Positions 61,001 to 64,000 of a stretch of DNA of 64,000 nt are shown here, piece by piece (the first letter of the stretch is position 1; every line of letters begins with the position of its first letter). A program made the position numbers and the translations under genes. The notes below the pieces were generated by a model. It ran no database searches. It was not told the DNA's origin and was given only the letters and a program-made list of their open reading frames with translations. The stretch is from the human T2T-CHM13v2.0 reference genome, Homo sapiens: the NCBI RefSeq assembly GCF_009914755.1, contig NC_060942.1; one strand, given 5' to 3'.

Positions 61001-61943
61001 TAAGTTTATGGAAAATGATTTTTTGGCAACAATAAAATAGCAGGTGATTTTTTGTTGCTGTTGTTAAATTCACCCTCAAATACTGATTGATAAATGTCTG
61101 TTCAGAATTGTTACTAATTGCAGTATTTATTTCTGGTGTTGTTCAAAATGCAAGGGTTCCATGCAGATGAGTTTTATCCCCCAAACTCTTAAATAATTTG
61201 TTAGAACAGACATGCCCAAATTGACTTCATTCATTTAAAAAAAAAAGTTGTCAAATTTTTCCATATTCATCCTCTAAAAATATAATTTTTTTCTAAGGAC
61301 TTTATCAATTATTTAAGCACAGTAGCAAATAAATTATTTTATTCTCTGCTTTGGACAGTCCTTTAGCATAAAAATACCACTGACAATTTCAGAATGTCAT
61401 TGGGTATTTTACAGACTATGAATTTATTCTGGAAGTGTTAACTCATTTGTTCCATCAATTTAAACAAGTTAAGATTTTCTCACAAAGAGGAAAGATAATG
61501 GAATATTTATTTAAAATGTTAGATAGTTTTAATTTACTAAAGAACTTAGAAGTACAATTTAGCAATATCTATCAAAATTAAAAGTACATATAGCTTTTAA
61601 CAGAAATTCTACTTGTGGAAATTTATTTGATAGGTATACTCACACATATAGATATAGTTTCACATATGTGAATAGATTTGTCTTCAAATTATTTATAGAA
61701 GAATCTTTGTAATAACAAATGACAAAAACTATCTAAATGTTCTTCCTTAGTACACTTCTCATAGTATGTTTCAACTATATTTTGGATTACTATGCAATAG
61801 ATATACTGATGTACTGACATAGACTATCAAGACATTGTTGGGTAGAAAAAACATGATACAGAATAATGTACATTGTATGTTACCATTTGTATGTAAATAA
61901 AGGAGGGAGAGAGAATATATATTTATATTTAATATGATCACTG

Positions 61944-62253
61944 GGCTGGGCGTGGTGGCTCAAGCCTGTAATCCCAGCACTTTGGGAGGTCAAGGTGGGT
62001 GGATCACGAGGTCAGGAGTTTGAGACCAGCCTGACCAACATGGTGAAACCCTGTTTCTACTAAAAATACAAAAAATTAGCTGGGTGTGGTGGTGCGTACC
62101 TGTAATCCCAGCTACTCAGGAGGCTGAAGCAGGAGAATCGCTTGAACCCAGGAGTTGGAGGTTGCAGTGAGCCGAGATCGTATCACTGCACTCCAGCCTG
62201 GGTGACAGAGCGAGACTCCATCTCAAAAGTAAATTAAATAAATAAATAAATAA
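61944..62253 (+). mobile_element. AluSg-like with (AAAT)n tail, inside an old L1ME 3' fragment (~61530-62470)
   Basis: GGATCACGAGGTCAGGAGTT; full dimer. Confidence 0.95.
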
Positions 62254-62554
62254 GATCTCTGGAAAAATATATTTGAAACAATACACTTAATAATAGTGGT
62301 AAGAGGTGAGGTGGAAAATAAGCATCAGGAAATCCATTATCTTATTTCCTGAAGAAAGGAATGGGGGGAGGCTTTTCTCTTGTCCCCACTTATAATTTTT
62401 TATGTTTATGTTTGGACCTTGTGAATATTTTCAGTAGGCACAAATTAAATAATTTTTAAAATAAAAGAAAAAAGGTGACTAACATATACGCATCACCTGT
62501 AAGGGGACCAGGATTTGTTGGATGAATTAGGTCCTTGATAATTCTGGCATATTT

Positions 62555-63295
<741 letters not shown>

Positions 63296-64000
63296 GTTGG
63301 TCCTAGAATTTTAGTGGTGAAGTGGTAATTTCTGGTGTGCCATAGCATCGTCATATGGAGACTTCCCCTGTGGAATGGGATAGAGATTCAAGGGGACAAA
63401 CTGGGCTTGTGAAATATCTCTAGCATTTTGAGAGATAAAGGGGCAATGATAATTGTACAGATTGTGGAGTTGATTGTTGCTAAGATTAAATGAAGGACTG
63501 AGGGAAGCTTTGGGTCACCAACTGTTATCTCAAGGCATGGTGAAATCCAGAAAGTCTCTGTGGCAGTGTTTAGAGGGATTCTTGTCTGCAGTTGGAAAAT
63601 AGCTTGTGCCACAAAATCAACCAAGGATCTGATGTTACAAGTAGTAGCATTACACAGAAGGCTAAATTAATGGCCTTCTACAGTCAAACAAGAACTCTGA
63701 TAAGAAAGGATTGGGACCTTGAGACCTGGGTTGAGGAAATTAAGGGATGCACTTGAGCACTCTGTACCCCAGTGTCATTGAATCCACAGGGCTAGGAGAA
63801 GTGGCACACTGCCCCTTGCTGGAAAGCAATAGCATCCTCTCGTGTGAAGAGCTTGCAAAGCCCTCACCTTACACAGATAGCTCTCAAGGTGATATTAATC
63901 TCCCTCAAGATCTGCTCCCACCTCTCCTTGTTGTTTCTGAACTAATAACTAGGGCTGCATCACAGCATGGTCTACTATGGGAAAAAATATACTATTTACC
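63296..64000 (+). mobile_element. ERVL internal region (PBS plus degenerate gag; ERV3-16A3_I-like), continuing beyond the window
   Basis: GTTGGTCCTAGAA PBS-like sequence directly after the LTR. 63600-63740 resembles ERVL gag (NQ..DL.LQV..L.R.LN...LI.KDWDLETW). Confidence 0.7.

Overview
Primate (almost certainly human) repeat-rich genomic DNA with no intact host protein-coding exon. A CpG island at ~36.5-37.7 kb contains a minus-strand non-coding first exon (donor GAG|GTAACC at 37186/37185). From memory, it matches the 5' leader of CHST9 (carbohydrate sulfotransferase 9, chr18). If so, 1-37185 is intron 1 and >37.6 kb is upstream DNA, and the locus is overlapped on the + strand by the AQP4-AS1/CHST9-AS1 lncRNA. 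The rest is a near full-length dead L1PA (10143-16010, minus), other L1, L2, L3 and MIR fragments, about 14 Alu elements, several MaLR, ERV1 and ERVL LTRs, a Tigger3/MER7 element, the start of an ERVL provirus at the right edge, and microsatellites. Nearly all ORF-track entries are L1/Alu-derived or chance ORFs. I see no convincing new biological system. The most notable direct observations are: a ~102-bp target-site duplication around a 5'-truncated L1PA; a clean in-frame 99-codon deletion in L1 ORF1 starting at the coiled-coil stammer; an L1 antisense promoter/ORF0 pointing into the antisense-lncRNA strand; two tandem 5' splice donors plus a perfect four-tier G-quadruplex at the first exon; and a probable twin-primed inverted old L1. 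Repeat subfamily names and the gene identity are by eye and need RepeatMasker/BLAT confirmation.
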